Source: Candidatus Iainarchaeum sp.
GTDB lineage: Archaea; Iainarchaeota; Iainarchaeia; Iainarchaeales; 0-14-0-20-34-12
NCBI GenBank assembly: GCA_030649345.1
Contig: JAUSKK010000002.1
Span: forward strand, 1 to 32,000
Direction: 5' to 3'
Length of the DNA: 32,000 nt
In this document: piece after piece, positions 9,380-18,199 of the stretch
Layout of the letters: each line of letters starts with the position of its first letter
Position numbering within the stretch: position 1 is the first letter of the stretch
Made by a program: the position numbers and the translations under genes
Notes under the pieces: model-generated
Databases searched by the model: none
What the model saw: the letters and a program-made list of their open reading frames with translations, nothing else
Told to the model about the DNA's origin: nothing

Positions 9380-10168
9380 TTACTGCAACAAGTCTTTTCT
9401 TTTTTGTTCTCTAAATTTATTTAATTTTTCAACCCAAACAAAATTTGAAATTGCCAACAATTCCAAAGCAGCCAAAACAGCATTTTCTGCCCTATTTAAT
9501 CCAACAAACAAACCATTGCTTTTAGAAGTCAAAGAATAAAATTCTAAAACATCTGAAGCAATAGAATTTTCTTTACAGGCAACAAAAATAACAGAAAAGC
9601 CTTTAGAGTCTACTTGCTTGGTTTTCATTAAATCCACAAAATCCAAATAAACAACATTTTTTTCAGAATAAGCAGGCTTTTCCAAAACAGCAAAAGGAAC
9701 ACTAAATTCTTTCAACACTAATTGAGCTTTCTCTAAATACTTTGCCAAATTCTTTCCTCGTTTTATTAAAACAATTTTTTCAAATTTATTTTTAGAAAAC
9801 AATTCAGCATACTGTGCACAAACTTTAGTTTGATCAATTCCTGAACCCAAAACAGGAATGCCTCCAGGGATCTGAATGCAAGCCAGCAAAGCATCCAAAC
9901 CAGAATAATTTCCAGACAAAGGCAAACCCATCACAGGCTTGATTGTTTGAGCTGCAACAGCACCTGGTAAAGCACAGCTTAAACCAGCACCGGCAATAAT
10001 TACTTTGGCATCTGAAGAATGAATTTTTTGCTCTAATTCTTTCGGAGTTCTGTGAGCCGATAAAAACGCAAGCTCAAAAGAAACATTTTTGGATTTAAAA
10101 TAATCCAAAATTTCTTCTGCAAACTTTTTGTCAGATTTAGACCCAAACAAAACCAATACGTCAACCAT
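9380..10168 (-). CDS. purE: PurE (N5-CAIR mutase type) with about 100 extra residues
   Basis: VLVLFGSKSD...FLSAHRTP...IIAGAGLSCALPGAVAAQT..PVMGLP...GGIPV are PurE motifs (SAHRTP is the class I style). The protein is 262 aa against a usual ~160. Confidence 0.8.
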   Translation of the reverse strand: MVDVLVLFGSKSDKKFAEEILDYFKSKNVSFELAFLSAHRTPKELEQKIHSSDAKVIIAGAGLSCALPGAVAAQTIKPVMGLPLSGNYSGLDALLACIQIPGGIPVLGSGIDQTKVCAQYAELFSKNKFEKIVLIKRGKNLAKYLEKAQLVLKEFSVPFAVLEKPAYSEKNVVYLDFVDLMKTKQVDSKGFSVIFVACKENSIASDVLEFYSLTSKSNGLFVGLNRAENAVLAALELLAISNFVWVEKLNKFREQKRKDLLQ

Positions 10169-10205
10169 AGCAATACTTTAAAGGACATAAAGTTAAAAAA
10201 TAAGT

Positions 10206-11477
10206 ATGAATTATGCACAAGGGCAAAACTACCTTACAAACTTAGAAAAATACGGAATTCAATTAGGATTAACCAGAATCAAAAAAGCACTTTCATACTT
10301 GAATCAACCGGAACAAAAAACAAAATTTATTCACATTGCCGGAACCAATGGAAAAGGCAGCACAGCTTATCTTTTAGCAGGAATTCTAAAAAACGCAGGT
10401 TATCGAACTGGATTATATATCAGTCCGGAAATAGTTTGCTTTGAAGAACGAATTCAAATCAATGGAAAATATATTTCGAAAAAAGAAGTAACAAAACAAA
10501 CAGAAAAAATAAAAAAACTAAATAAAAAATTCAATCTCAAACTAACCCAGTTTGAATTCATCACAGTTTTAGCACTGAATTATTTTACACAACAAAAATG
10601 CGACATTGTCGTCTTAGAAACTGGCTTGGGCGGAAGAATGGATGCCACCAATATTGTTCAGCCAGAAGCAAGCGTAATTATGAATATTGGTTTAGAGCAT
10701 ACCGAAATATTGGGAAATACTTTGGAAAAAATTGCGAAAGAAAAAGCAGGGATCATTAAAGAAAATTCAATTTTGGTTACCGGAGAAAAAAATAGGAAAA
10801 TTTTGAAATTATTTGAAAAAATTTGTGAAAAGAAAAATACTCAGATATATCGACTTGGAAAAGAATTCAAAGTAAACCAATTCAATCAAACTTGGAATTT
10901 TCAAACAATTCATTTTTCAAACAAAACAACAAAATTCAAAAAAATGAAGCTCAAAATGCTGGGCTTGCATCAATGCGAGAACGCAGGACTTGCAATTGAA
11001 ACAGCAATTAAACTAAAAGAAAAAGGCTGGAATCAAATTAATGAAAAAGCAATCCGAAAAAGTTTGGGCACAATTCAAAATCCCGGACGATTGCAAACAA
11101 TTCAAAAAAAACCACGAATTATTTTAGATTGTGCACACAATGAACATGGAATAAATGCATTGGTTCAAAGCATGGAAAAATTACTGAAAAGAAAAAAAAT
11201 AAGAGTGATATTCGGTGTATTGAAAGACAAAAATGTAAATAACATGATTTCCAAAATAATTCCATTGGCTGAAAAAATTTATTGCACTGAACCTGAAAAC
11301 AAGCGAGCTTTGCCTGCACAAGAATTGAAAAAAATTATTCAAAAAAGGAATAAACAGATTCCAATTGAAGTAATTCAAAATCCAAAAAAAGCAATCCAGA
11401 AAGCCCTTCAAGAAAGCAGTTCAAAAGACGTTATTTTGATATGCGGAAGCTGTTATTTGATTTCACAACTTATTTAA
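10206..11477 (+). CDS. folC: Folylpolyglutamate synthase / dihydrofolate synthase (Mur ligase family)
   Basis: LGLTRIKKALSYLNQPEQKTKFIHIAGTNGKGSTAYLLAGILKNAGYRTGLYISPEIVCFEERIQING is the classic FolC N-terminus and P-loop. Confidence 0.85.
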   Translation: MNYAQGQNYLTNLEKYGIQLGLTRIKKALSYLNQPEQKTKFIHIAGTNGKGSTAYLLAGILKNAGYRTGLYISPEIVCFEERIQINGKYISKKEVTKQTEKIKKLNKKFNLKLTQFEFITVLALNYFTQQKCDIVVLETGLGGRMDATNIVQPEASVIMNIGLEHTEILGNTLEKIAKEKAGIIKENSILVTGEKNRKILKLFEKICEKKNTQIYRLGKEFKVNQFNQTWNFQTIHFSNKTTKFKKMKLKMLGLHQCENAGLAIETAIKLKEKGWNQINEKAIRKSLGTIQNPGRLQTIQKKPRIILDCAHNEHGINALVQSMEKLLKRKKIRVIFGVLKDKNVNNMISKIIPLAEKIYCTEPENKRALPAQELKKIIQKRNKQIPIEVIQNPKKAIQKALQESSSKDVILICGSCYLISQLI

Positions 11478-11521
11478 ACAATTAGCATTCCAGTATAGTA
11501 ATACACTTTGGAGGGAATTAA

Positions 11522-12244
11522 ATGGGGTTTAATTTAAAGGAATTTTTTACAGGAAAACGTTTGCTGTTTATGGCAGTATTTGCGTTTATTGGCTGGTTTG
11601 CATTGCAAATCAATTTATTCAGATACGAAGGAGTTACAGGAAAATTTTTCACTTGGTTTGAATTAATCGGACCTCAAGCTGGAGCCTTTCTAGGACCAAT
11701 ACCTGGATTCATTGCAACCTTTTTGTCCAGAGTGATTAATTTATTTGTGTTCGCCAAACCTTTTGACACAATGGCAATCATTTCATTGTTTACTTTAGCG
11801 CTTGGAGCATTCTATTTTGGTTCAGCACACAACCGACAAAAATTAACCGGAAAATTAGCTATTCTTATTCCGGCTTTGTGCATAATTGCATTTGTAGCTA
11901 ACCCAATTGGAATCCAAGTATGGTATTTTGCATTATTTTGGACTTTGCCAATCATTGCAGGATTGTTTTTCAACAAACACTTGTTTGCAAGAGCTTTAGG
12001 CTCAACTTTAACAGCTCATGCAGTCGGCGGAGCTTTATGGGTTTGGTTTGTGCCAGCAGGACAAAGTGCAGCATTTTGGAATGCATTAATTTTCATTATG
12101 CCTATTGAAAGACTAATGTATGCTATTGGAATTACTGTAAGCTTTGTGGTTTTGAATACAGTTTTAAGCAAAATAGAAACTGTCAACAAAAGCACAGAAA
12201 TCAACGTAAATCCAAATTATGTAATTGGAAAAACTGCAAACTAA
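11522..12244 (+). CDS. Integral membrane protein (about 6 TM), unknown function
   Basis: Hydrophobic segments throughout. GGAGGG Shine-Dalgarno just upstream of the ATG. T-rich tract after the stop. Confidence 0.65.
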   Translation: MGFNLKEFFTGKRLLFMAVFAFIGWFALQINLFRYEGVTGKFFTWFELIGPQAGAFLGPIPGFIATFLSRVINLFVFAKPFDTMAIISLFTLALGAFYFGSAHNRQKLTGKLAILIPALCIIAFVANPIGIQVWYFALFWTLPIIAGLFFNKHLFARALGSTLTAHAVGGALWVWFVPAGQSAAFWNALIFIMPIERLMYAIGITVSFVVLNTVLSKIETVNKSTEINVNPNYVIGKTAN

Positions 12245-12315
12245 AAGCAGTTTTTCTTCTTTTTCTTTTTTTATCAAACCAAATCTTTTTCTTTAGTTCA
12301 TACAAATGAATTAGT

Positions 12316-12981
12316 ATGCCAGTATTTGGAAAAGGAAGAACACAACGCAAAGGACCTACAATTCGAAAAGACCATAATGAAATAGCCAGAAAATTGAAAA
12401 AAGAAAGAACTGTTCGCGAAACAAAAAAAGGAATAATTTGGGAATTCAGCCATGGTTCTTTATCGGATGTTATCAAACACTTAAATTATCCCATTCAAGA
12501 ACACATAGAACATTTACTTAAACGAAGAAAGAATCCTGTTATTGTAGATTGGGGCTGCGGTGCAGGCACAGCCATTACAACACTAGCTCAACAGTTTCCC
12601 AAGGCACGCTGTTATGGTTTTGGAGATCAAAGACACCCAGAATGGAAAACAAATGAACATGCAAAACTTATCTGGGCACCAGCTGAAGACTTTCGAAGAT
12701 ATTTCAAAGATAATTCAATTGATTTTATGTATTCTCATTTAGGATTAACTCATTTACACAACCCAGTTTATGTTATTGGACTTCTTAAAAAACTCCGCAC
12801 AGGAGGAACTTTGGTTACTGGACTAGTAGAAACCAGTATTTTCAAAGGCCATGTACCCGAACATATGGGAAGACAAATACGCAAAAATGGAAAAACAACA
12901 GTACTGTTAACTTTGGGAGATATTCGAATACGTGTACATGAAATAAGTCCAAATAATTTTGAAATTAGAAGAATAAATTAA
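12316..12981 (+). CDS. Class I SAM-dependent methyltransferase with a basic N-terminal tail
   Basis: Motif I VIVDWGCGAGTAITTLA. N-terminus MPVFGKGRTQRKGPTIRKDHNEIARKLKKERTVRETKKG. Confidence 0.7.
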   Translation: MPVFGKGRTQRKGPTIRKDHNEIARKLKKERTVRETKKGIIWEFSHGSLSDVIKHLNYPIQEHIEHLLKRRKNPVIVDWGCGAGTAITTLAQQFPKARCYGFGDQRHPEWKTNEHAKLIWAPAEDFRRYFKDNSIDFMYSHLGLTHLHNPVYVIGLLKKLRTGGTLVTGLVETSIFKGHVPEHMGRQIRKNGKTTVLLTLGDIRIRVHEISPNNFEIRRIN

Positions 12982-12991
12982 AGTGAAAAAA

Positions 12992-13735
12992 ATGTTTACA
13001 GATATTCATTGCCATTTAGATGAATTGGAAAATATCCCTGAATTAATTGCTCGCGCGAAAGAAAATCAAGTAGAGATCATGTTCTCGAATTCAGTGGACT
13101 TGAAAAGCATGCAAGCCAATTTGAAATTAGGAAAACAATTTTCTGAAATAAAGCCTTTATTGGGATTGCACCCCAAAGATATTTTGAAAATGAGCGATAG
13201 TGAGATTGAAATTGGATTAAAGTTTATTGAAAAAAATTTGAAAAACTGCGCAGGCATTGGAGAAATTGGATTGGATTACAAATATGCAGAAACAGGAACT
13301 CAACAACAAAAACAGCAAACAATTTTTGAACAACAAATTCAAATTGCAAAAGAAAATGATTTAGCTATAGAAGTGCACTCCAGAAGAGCCAGAGAACAAT
13401 GCTTGGAAACTTTAAAAAAGATGAACGCTGAAAAAGTTTTGCTTCATTGGTTTAATGGAAACCAAAAACAAATTCAAATCATTCAAGACCATAACTGGTT
13501 TGTTTCAATTGGCGCCAGTATTTTATTTCAAGACTACAACCATGAAGTCATTAAAGCACTAGAATTGGAGCACTTACTGATTGAAACAGATACTCCAGTG
13601 CCCTTTAATGGACAAAACAGCGAACCTGCATGGATTCGAAAAATAGCTGAAAAAATTGCAGAAATTAAGGAAATTTCATTAAAAGAAATTGAAAAAACAA
13701 CCTGGAAGAATACAAAAAAATTGTTCAAAATATGA
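12992..13735 (+). CDS. tatD: TatD-family metal-dependent hydrolase/DNase
   Basis: FTDIHCHLD, GEIGLDY, IEVHSR, ETDTP motifs. Start set at ATG 12992, preceded by AGTGA (SD-like), rather than the GTG at 12983. Confidence 0.85.
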   Translation: MFTDIHCHLDELENIPELIARAKENQVEIMFSNSVDLKSMQANLKLGKQFSEIKPLLGLHPKDILKMSDSEIEIGLKFIEKNLKNCAGIGEIGLDYKYAETGTQQQKQQTIFEQQIQIAKENDLAIEVHSRRAREQCLETLKKMNAEKVLLHWFNGNQKQIQIIQDHNWFVSIGASILFQDYNHEVIKALELEHLLIETDTPVPFNGQNSEPAWIRKIAEKIAEIKEISLKEIEKTTWKNTKKLFKI

Positions 13736-13798
13736 CAAAAAGGTATAAAAAGACAAAGATCGTTACTTTTTAGTAAACAAAAAAGTGAGCCTAATTAG

Positions 13799-14392
13799 GT
13801 GAAGTTAAAAGGTGAATTTGTGTTAACCCTTGCATTAAGTGCAGTCGTAGGAATGCTAGCCATAGCCAATGTTGTTATTTATAAAAATTCTGAATTAATT
13901 AAAAACGGCAAACAAAATATTGAAAAAATAGAAGACAAACGAACAGCATTCCAAAAAAATGACTTGCCAACTATGGAAAAAAAACAAATTCAAAAAACCA
14001 ATTACTCGAACAAATATCCTTCATTGATTCAGTTGGCTAGTGAATCTCAAGGCACGCATCCATTATTAGCTCAAAAACTTTCCACACTCCAATCCGACAT
14101 TAACTATTTGGATAAACAAATGGAAGGAAGCCTAAAACGATTGGAAAAAATTGAAATGGGTTTAAGTTTGCATGGAGATATTAATTTTGAAGGAATCAAA
14201 GCAGTCGTAGATGAAAATACAGTTCGAAAAATTGCAAACTTAGAAGAATTCAAACGAAACGCATTCTTAGAAATTGAAGCCTTGAAACAAAAAGTATACG
14301 AAGAAAAAACAGAAGAAACTCCAAAGCCCAATACTCAAAACCCTGAATTGGATGAAAAAATTAGAAACATTGCATTCAATATCCGAAACTAA
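13799..14392 (+). CDS. N-terminally membrane-anchored coiled-coil protein
   Basis: One TM (LTLALSAVVGMLAIANVVIY) followed by heptad-like K/E/L-rich sequence. The start may instead be the in-frame GTG at 13820, which follows AAGGTGA. Confidence 0.55.
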   Translation: MKLKGEFVLTLALSAVVGMLAIANVVIYKNSELIKNGKQNIEKIEDKRTAFQKNDLPTMEKKQIQKTNYSNKYPSLIQLASESQGTHPLLAQKLSTLQSDINYLDKQMEGSLKRLEKIEMGLSLHGDINFEGIKAVVDENTVRKIANLEEFKRNAFLEIEALKQKVYEEKTEETPKPNTQNPELDEKIRNIAFNIRN

Positions 14393-14398
14393 TTTTTT

Positions 14399-14905
14399 AT
14401 GAACCCAGAAAAAAAAGTAACCAAAGCCAATCAAATATTTGATTGCGTAAGCTGTGGAAAAAAAGCAGACTACCAAGAAACAACCTATACAGTTCCTTAT
14501 TTTGGGCAATTATTAATTTCGTCTCTTTCTTGCCCGCACTGCCAATGGAAGGCTACCCAAATTTTTTCATTGAATGAAAAAAAAGAACCTGTTAAATTTT
14601 CGGTTAAAATTGAAACCATCGAAGACATGGAAACCAAAGTCATTCGATCTGGAAATGGAACCATTAAAATTCCTGAACTCGGAATAGAAATTACGCCTAC
14701 CACCAACACCGAAGGATACTACAACAATATTGAAGGATTACTGGAATTGGTCCAAGAACTGATCATTGAAAGCACAGACAAAAATGCACAAAAAACAGTT
14801 CAACAAATCAGTCAAGCCAGAAATGGAAAATTAAACTTTACAGTCATACTCGAAGATTCAACTGGAAATAGTGCCTTGATTGGAAAAAAAGTAAAAAAAT
14901 TATAA
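14399..14905 (+). CDS. ZPR1-type zinc finger protein (archaeal single-domain form)
   Basis: CVSCGKK...TTYTVPYFGQLLISSLSCPHCQWK is a C4 finger with the ZPR1 pattern, followed by a beta-rich domain. Confidence 0.75.
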   Translation: MNPEKKVTKANQIFDCVSCGKKADYQETTYTVPYFGQLLISSLSCPHCQWKATQIFSLNEKKEPVKFSVKIETIEDMETKVIRSGNGTIKIPELGIEITPTTNTEGYYNNIEGLLELVQELIIESTDKNAQKTVQQISQARNGKLNFTVILEDSTGNSALIGKKVKKL

Positions 14906-15583
14906 CTTAGATTTCCAAGTTTTCCTTTTTTCGTTATTCAAAGAAGTATCTCGAACAAATTTTGCTAAAACACTGGCAGCACCAATTACAGGTTCTAAAT
15001 CATCGCCTTTGACAATAAATTCAACATTTTTAGATTTTAAAGGCAACGGATTTCCGTCAATTTTGATTTTAAAATCTAAATTCGTTTTTTGAGCTTCTTG
15101 AATAATGGAGTCCATAGCTTGGGCTTCCATTTGATTCAAATTAATTCCTTGCAAACGCAAAGAATCAATTTCACCCGGAGAAAAAATACGGACAAAAATA
15201 TGCTTGGCTTTTTGTTCGACTATTTTTTTCTTTTCTTCAATTTTTTGAATCTTTTTACTGTCTCTTAATTCCAAAAAATCTTTGGAACAGCCTAAAATAC
15301 CTACAACCACCAAGATTCCAAAATTTTCTCCTCGGCCAGTTTCATCAATTCCCAAAATCAAAAAATCGTCTAACTTTAATTTGGATAAAATTAATTCTTT
15401 AACTTGTTCTGCGCCAGAACCTTGAATTAAAAGTTTTTTGGAAGCATACAAAGTAACTGCACAATTCAAAATTTTCCATCTGCCTAATTCGTATTGGGAT
15501 TTAAGTTGCAGTTTTTCAAAAGCATTTAAAACAATCAATAAACTTTCTTTAGATTGATTGGAGAAATTTAAACTCAAACTCAA
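14900..15583 (-). CDS. RNase HII/HIII-family ribonuclease with a ~75-aa N-terminal extra domain
   Basis: GIDETGRGENFGILVV (DE catalytic pair), RDSKK, KIKIDGN, KGDDLEPVIGAASVLAK. The N-terminal ..TLYASKKLLIQGSGAEQ resembles the RNase HIII N-domain. TTG start in the ORF track. Confidence 0.65.
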   Translation of the reverse strand: MSLSLNFSNQSKESLLIVLNAFEKLQLKSQYELGRWKILNCAVTLYASKKLLIQGSGAEQVKELILSKLKLDDFLILGIDETGRGENFGILVVVGILGCSKDFLELRDSKKIQKIEEKKKIVEQKAKHIFVRIFSPGEIDSLRLQGINLNQMEAQAMDSIIQEAQKTNLDFKIKIDGNPLPLKSKNVEFIVKGDDLEPVIGAASVLAKFVRDTSLNNEKRKTWKSKL

Positions 15584-15616
15584 GCAATCACACGCACAAA
15601 AAAGGAAAAGAAATTA

Positions 15617-15641
15617 ATAAGCTTTTCCAAAAAAAGCTTAT
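15617..15641 (-). terminator. 10-bp hairpin overlapping the stop codon of the KaiC-like gene, followed by a T-rich run on the reverse strand
   Basis: ATAAGCTTTT (15617-15626) pairs with AAAAGCTTAT (15632-15641). The reverse strand continues TAATTTCTTTTCCTTTTTT. Confidence 0.4.
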
Positions 15642-16396
15642 CCTAAATGAGTGGTTCGCTTGGGATGCACTACAAAACCATAGGGTTTTTCAATTTTAGC
15701 TGGGTGCATTCGCAAAGAATGATTGGTTGAATGCATTTTATGAACCATCAAAGCACGATCAAATTGACGGCCTTTCTGCACTAAATACAAAGCAATCACG
15801 CCATCTACCACATATTCTTCCACACCATAAACAGAAATCAATCCTTTATGGTCGTGCATGTCACACAATAACAAAGAAGTACAGCCTAATTTTTTAATGG
15901 ATTTTTCTAAATCCAATAAAGCTCTTCGTACTTTAAATTCATTCTGAAAATACATTGCAACAATCGAAATTGAGTCAATCACTAAACGAGTTGACTTTGA
16001 ACGAACCACAGAATCTTCAATTTCCAATAACAATTTTTCAAAATCATACAAAGCAGGCTGAACCAAGGTTAACTTTTTTTCTCGAATATATTCACGCGCA
16101 GGCCAGCCAAACAATTCAAGCTGAGTAACAATTGAATCTATGGATTCTTCTAAAGTAACAAAACACACAGGTTCGCCTTCTTGAATTCCTTGCATTAGAA
16201 AACTCAAACCCAAAGTAGTCTTTCCAGTTCCTGTCTTTCCAGTAACCAAAATCATGGAATTCTTAGGCAAACCGCCTTCCATTAAGTCATCTAAACCACG
16301 TACACCTGTAGGCATTCGCTCAATTGAAATAGGCTGATCCAAAATCGCAGTATCCACTGAAGTTTCTACAATACTTTTAGCATTCATACAATACAC
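15638..16396 (-). CDS. KaiC/RadA-like RecA-superfamily ATPase (single domain)
   Basis: GVRGLDDLMEGGLPKNSMILVTGKTGTGKTTLGLSFL (Walker A) and TRLVIDSIS (Walker B). Confidence 0.8.
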   Translation of the reverse strand: MYCMNAKSIVETSVDTAILDQPISIERMPTGVRGLDDLMEGGLPKNSMILVTGKTGTGKTTLGLSFLMQGIQEGEPVCFVTLEESIDSIVTQLELFGWPAREYIREKKLTLVQPALYDFEKLLLEIEDSVVRSKSTRLVIDSISIVAMYFQNEFKVRRALLDLEKSIKKLGCTSLLLCDMHDHKGLISVYGVEEYVVDGVIALYLVQKGRQFDRALMVHKMHSTNHSLRMHPAKIEKPYGFVVHPKRTTHLG

Positions 16397-16494
16397 CCCT
16401 AAATTAAACTAAAAAAAGATATATAATAAAAGAGCAATTAAATTTATAAAAGTAAGCGAAAAAGAATTAAAAAGAAGAAACAACCAAACAGTAT

Positions 16495-17436
16495 ATGAGA
16501 AAACGAAAAAACAAGCAAATCTATCTTGCACTTATTTTAGTAATTTTAATTGCATTAATTGGAATCCAGCAAGCCGGCTTTTTTTCTCAAACCATAACCA
16601 ATGCCAATACAATAAATTCAGCAAATACTACCAGCACACCTAAAACAAACATGAATTCAGGCACTCAATTAGAAAAGCAAGCTTTGGATCAAAATGTAAA
16701 AATTCACTTTATTGACGTAGGTCAAGGAGATTCTATTTGGATTGAAACAGGACAAGAAAATATTTTAGTGGATGCAGGAAACACTGGGAAAGGATATGTT
16801 GTTGCAGATTATTTAAAACAACACAATGCAATAACAGCAACTTATCTAATTGGAACCCATGAAGATGCCGACCATATTGGAGGCTTGGATGAAGTAATTT
16901 TGTCAGGAATTGAATACACAACCTATCTTTCACCCCAGCAAGACTGCAATACCAAAGCCTGCAGAGACTTAGATTTGTTAATTATTGGAAAAAAACAAAA
17001 AATTAAACGCGGAGAATTATTGCATGCTAAAATTCCAATTTATGGTTTAAATCCAATAGAACCTTTAGAATTTGAAGAAAAAAACAACAATGCCATTGTT
17101 TTACTGGTAAACATTCAAGACATCAATGTTTTGCTGACATCGGATTGTGAAAAAGAATGCGAAGAAAGCATTGTAAATTCTGGTTTGTTAAACCAAGTGC
17201 AAATATACAAAGTAGGACATCATGGAAGCAAAACATCCAGTTCAGTTAAACTATTAGAAAGAATTCAGGCAAAAGTTGGGATTATTTCAGTCGGAGCAAA
17301 CAATTCCTATGGGCATCCGCATGAAACTGTTGTAAACAGACTAATCGAATACGGACTAAAAATTTATCGCACGGATTTAGACGGAAATATTGTCCTAAAC
17401 ACAGACGGAAAAAATTACACAATTGAAAACAATTAA
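16495..17436 (+). CDS. Membrane-anchored ComEC/Rec2-type metallo-beta-lactamase domain protein
   Basis: N-terminal TM. IHFIDVGQGDSIWIE..ILVDAGN, THEDADHIGG, GHHGSKTSSS, SYGHPH are motifs of the ComEC C-terminal MBL domain. Confidence 0.8.
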   Translation: MRKRKNKQIYLALILVILIALIGIQQAGFFSQTITNANTINSANTTSTPKTNMNSGTQLEKQALDQNVKIHFIDVGQGDSIWIETGQENILVDAGNTGKGYVVADYLKQHNAITATYLIGTHEDADHIGGLDEVILSGIEYTTYLSPQQDCNTKACRDLDLLIIGKKQKIKRGELLHAKIPIYGLNPIEPLEFEEKNNNAIVLLVNIQDINVLLTSDCEKECEESIVNSGLLNQVQIYKVGHHGSKTSSSVKLLERIQAKVGIISVGANNSYGHPHETVVNRLIEYGLKIYRTDLDGNIVLNTDGKNYTIENN

Positions 17437-17446
17437 AAAAACAAAA

Positions 17447-18193
17447 CTATTTTCTGTGAAAACTTGGCTTAATTCTAGGTTTAGGTTTGATTAATTTTTT
17501 TAAACGCGGTATTGGTTTTCGTGGTCTTTGTTTTTGTGCATTTACTTTTTTAGCTAAATGAAGCAATTGCTGAACTCGAAGAAATAAATTGGGAGAACTT
17601 GAAATTTCTGAAATCATTGCAGCACCATGAGCTCCGGCTTTCAAAACTGCGGACAAATTATTGGTTTTAATTCCCCCAATGGCAATCACAGGCAAACGAG
17701 TGGTTCGTGAAACATGTTGCAAAAAAGTCAAACCCACGGGTTGACCAGCATCTTTTTTGGTTTTGGTTCGAAAAATAGAACCAACCCCCAAATAATCTGG
17801 TTTCTCAGCTAAAGCTTTTTTGAGTTCACGTGGATTCGAAACACTTACACCGATAATCATTTTGAGTTTCGCTTTCCGTAAACGTTCTCGGACTTGAGCA
17901 ATTAGCAAATCAGTTTGCCCTACATGAATAGCATCCGCTTTCACAGCAATCGCTAAATTGATGTCGTCGTTTACTACAAAAACAGTTCCAAAGCGATCGC
18001 AAATTTTTTTAATGGATTGTGCTTGTTTTAATTTTTCAGAATATGGCAATTCTTTTTCACGGTATTGAATTACAGGAATGCCAGCACGGGCGACTTCCAA
18101 AACATCCTGTAAGATATTGCCTGAAGCTGAACTTGTGCGATCTGTAACAAAATAAACAGACCAAGTTTTTGGATTTAAATTCTTCGAAGGCAT
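17447..18193 (-). CDS. thiE: Thiamine-phosphate synthase with a K/R/P-rich C-terminal tail
   Basis: VYFVTDR, VIQYREK, VVNDDINLA, AIHVGQTD, IGVS, DYLGVGSIFRTKTK, PVIAIGGI. Tail KQRPRKPIPRLKKLIKPKPRIKPSFHRK. Confidence 0.85.
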   Translation of the reverse strand: MPSKNLNPKTWSVYFVTDRTSSASGNILQDVLEVARAGIPVIQYREKELPYSEKLKQAQSIKKICDRFGTVFVVNDDINLAIAVKADAIHVGQTDLLIAQVRERLRKAKLKMIIGVSVSNPRELKKALAEKPDYLGVGSIFRTKTKKDAGQPVGLTFLQHVSRTTRLPVIAIGGIKTNNLSAVLKAGAHGAAMISEISSSPNLFLRVQQLLHLAKKVNAQKQRPRKPIPRLKKLIKPKPRIKPSFHRK

Positions 18194-18199
18194 ACAAAA

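Noticed and set aside
12981-12994. Identical 14-mer AAGTGAAAAAAATG at two gene junctions (12981-12994 and 26853-26866), checked as a possible repeat element
   Set aside because: It is most simply a stop codon plus GTGA Shine-Dalgarno, an A-rich spacer and an ATG in an AT-rich genome. It is too short and low-complexity to call a mobile or regulatory repeat. I used it only to choose the ATG starts.
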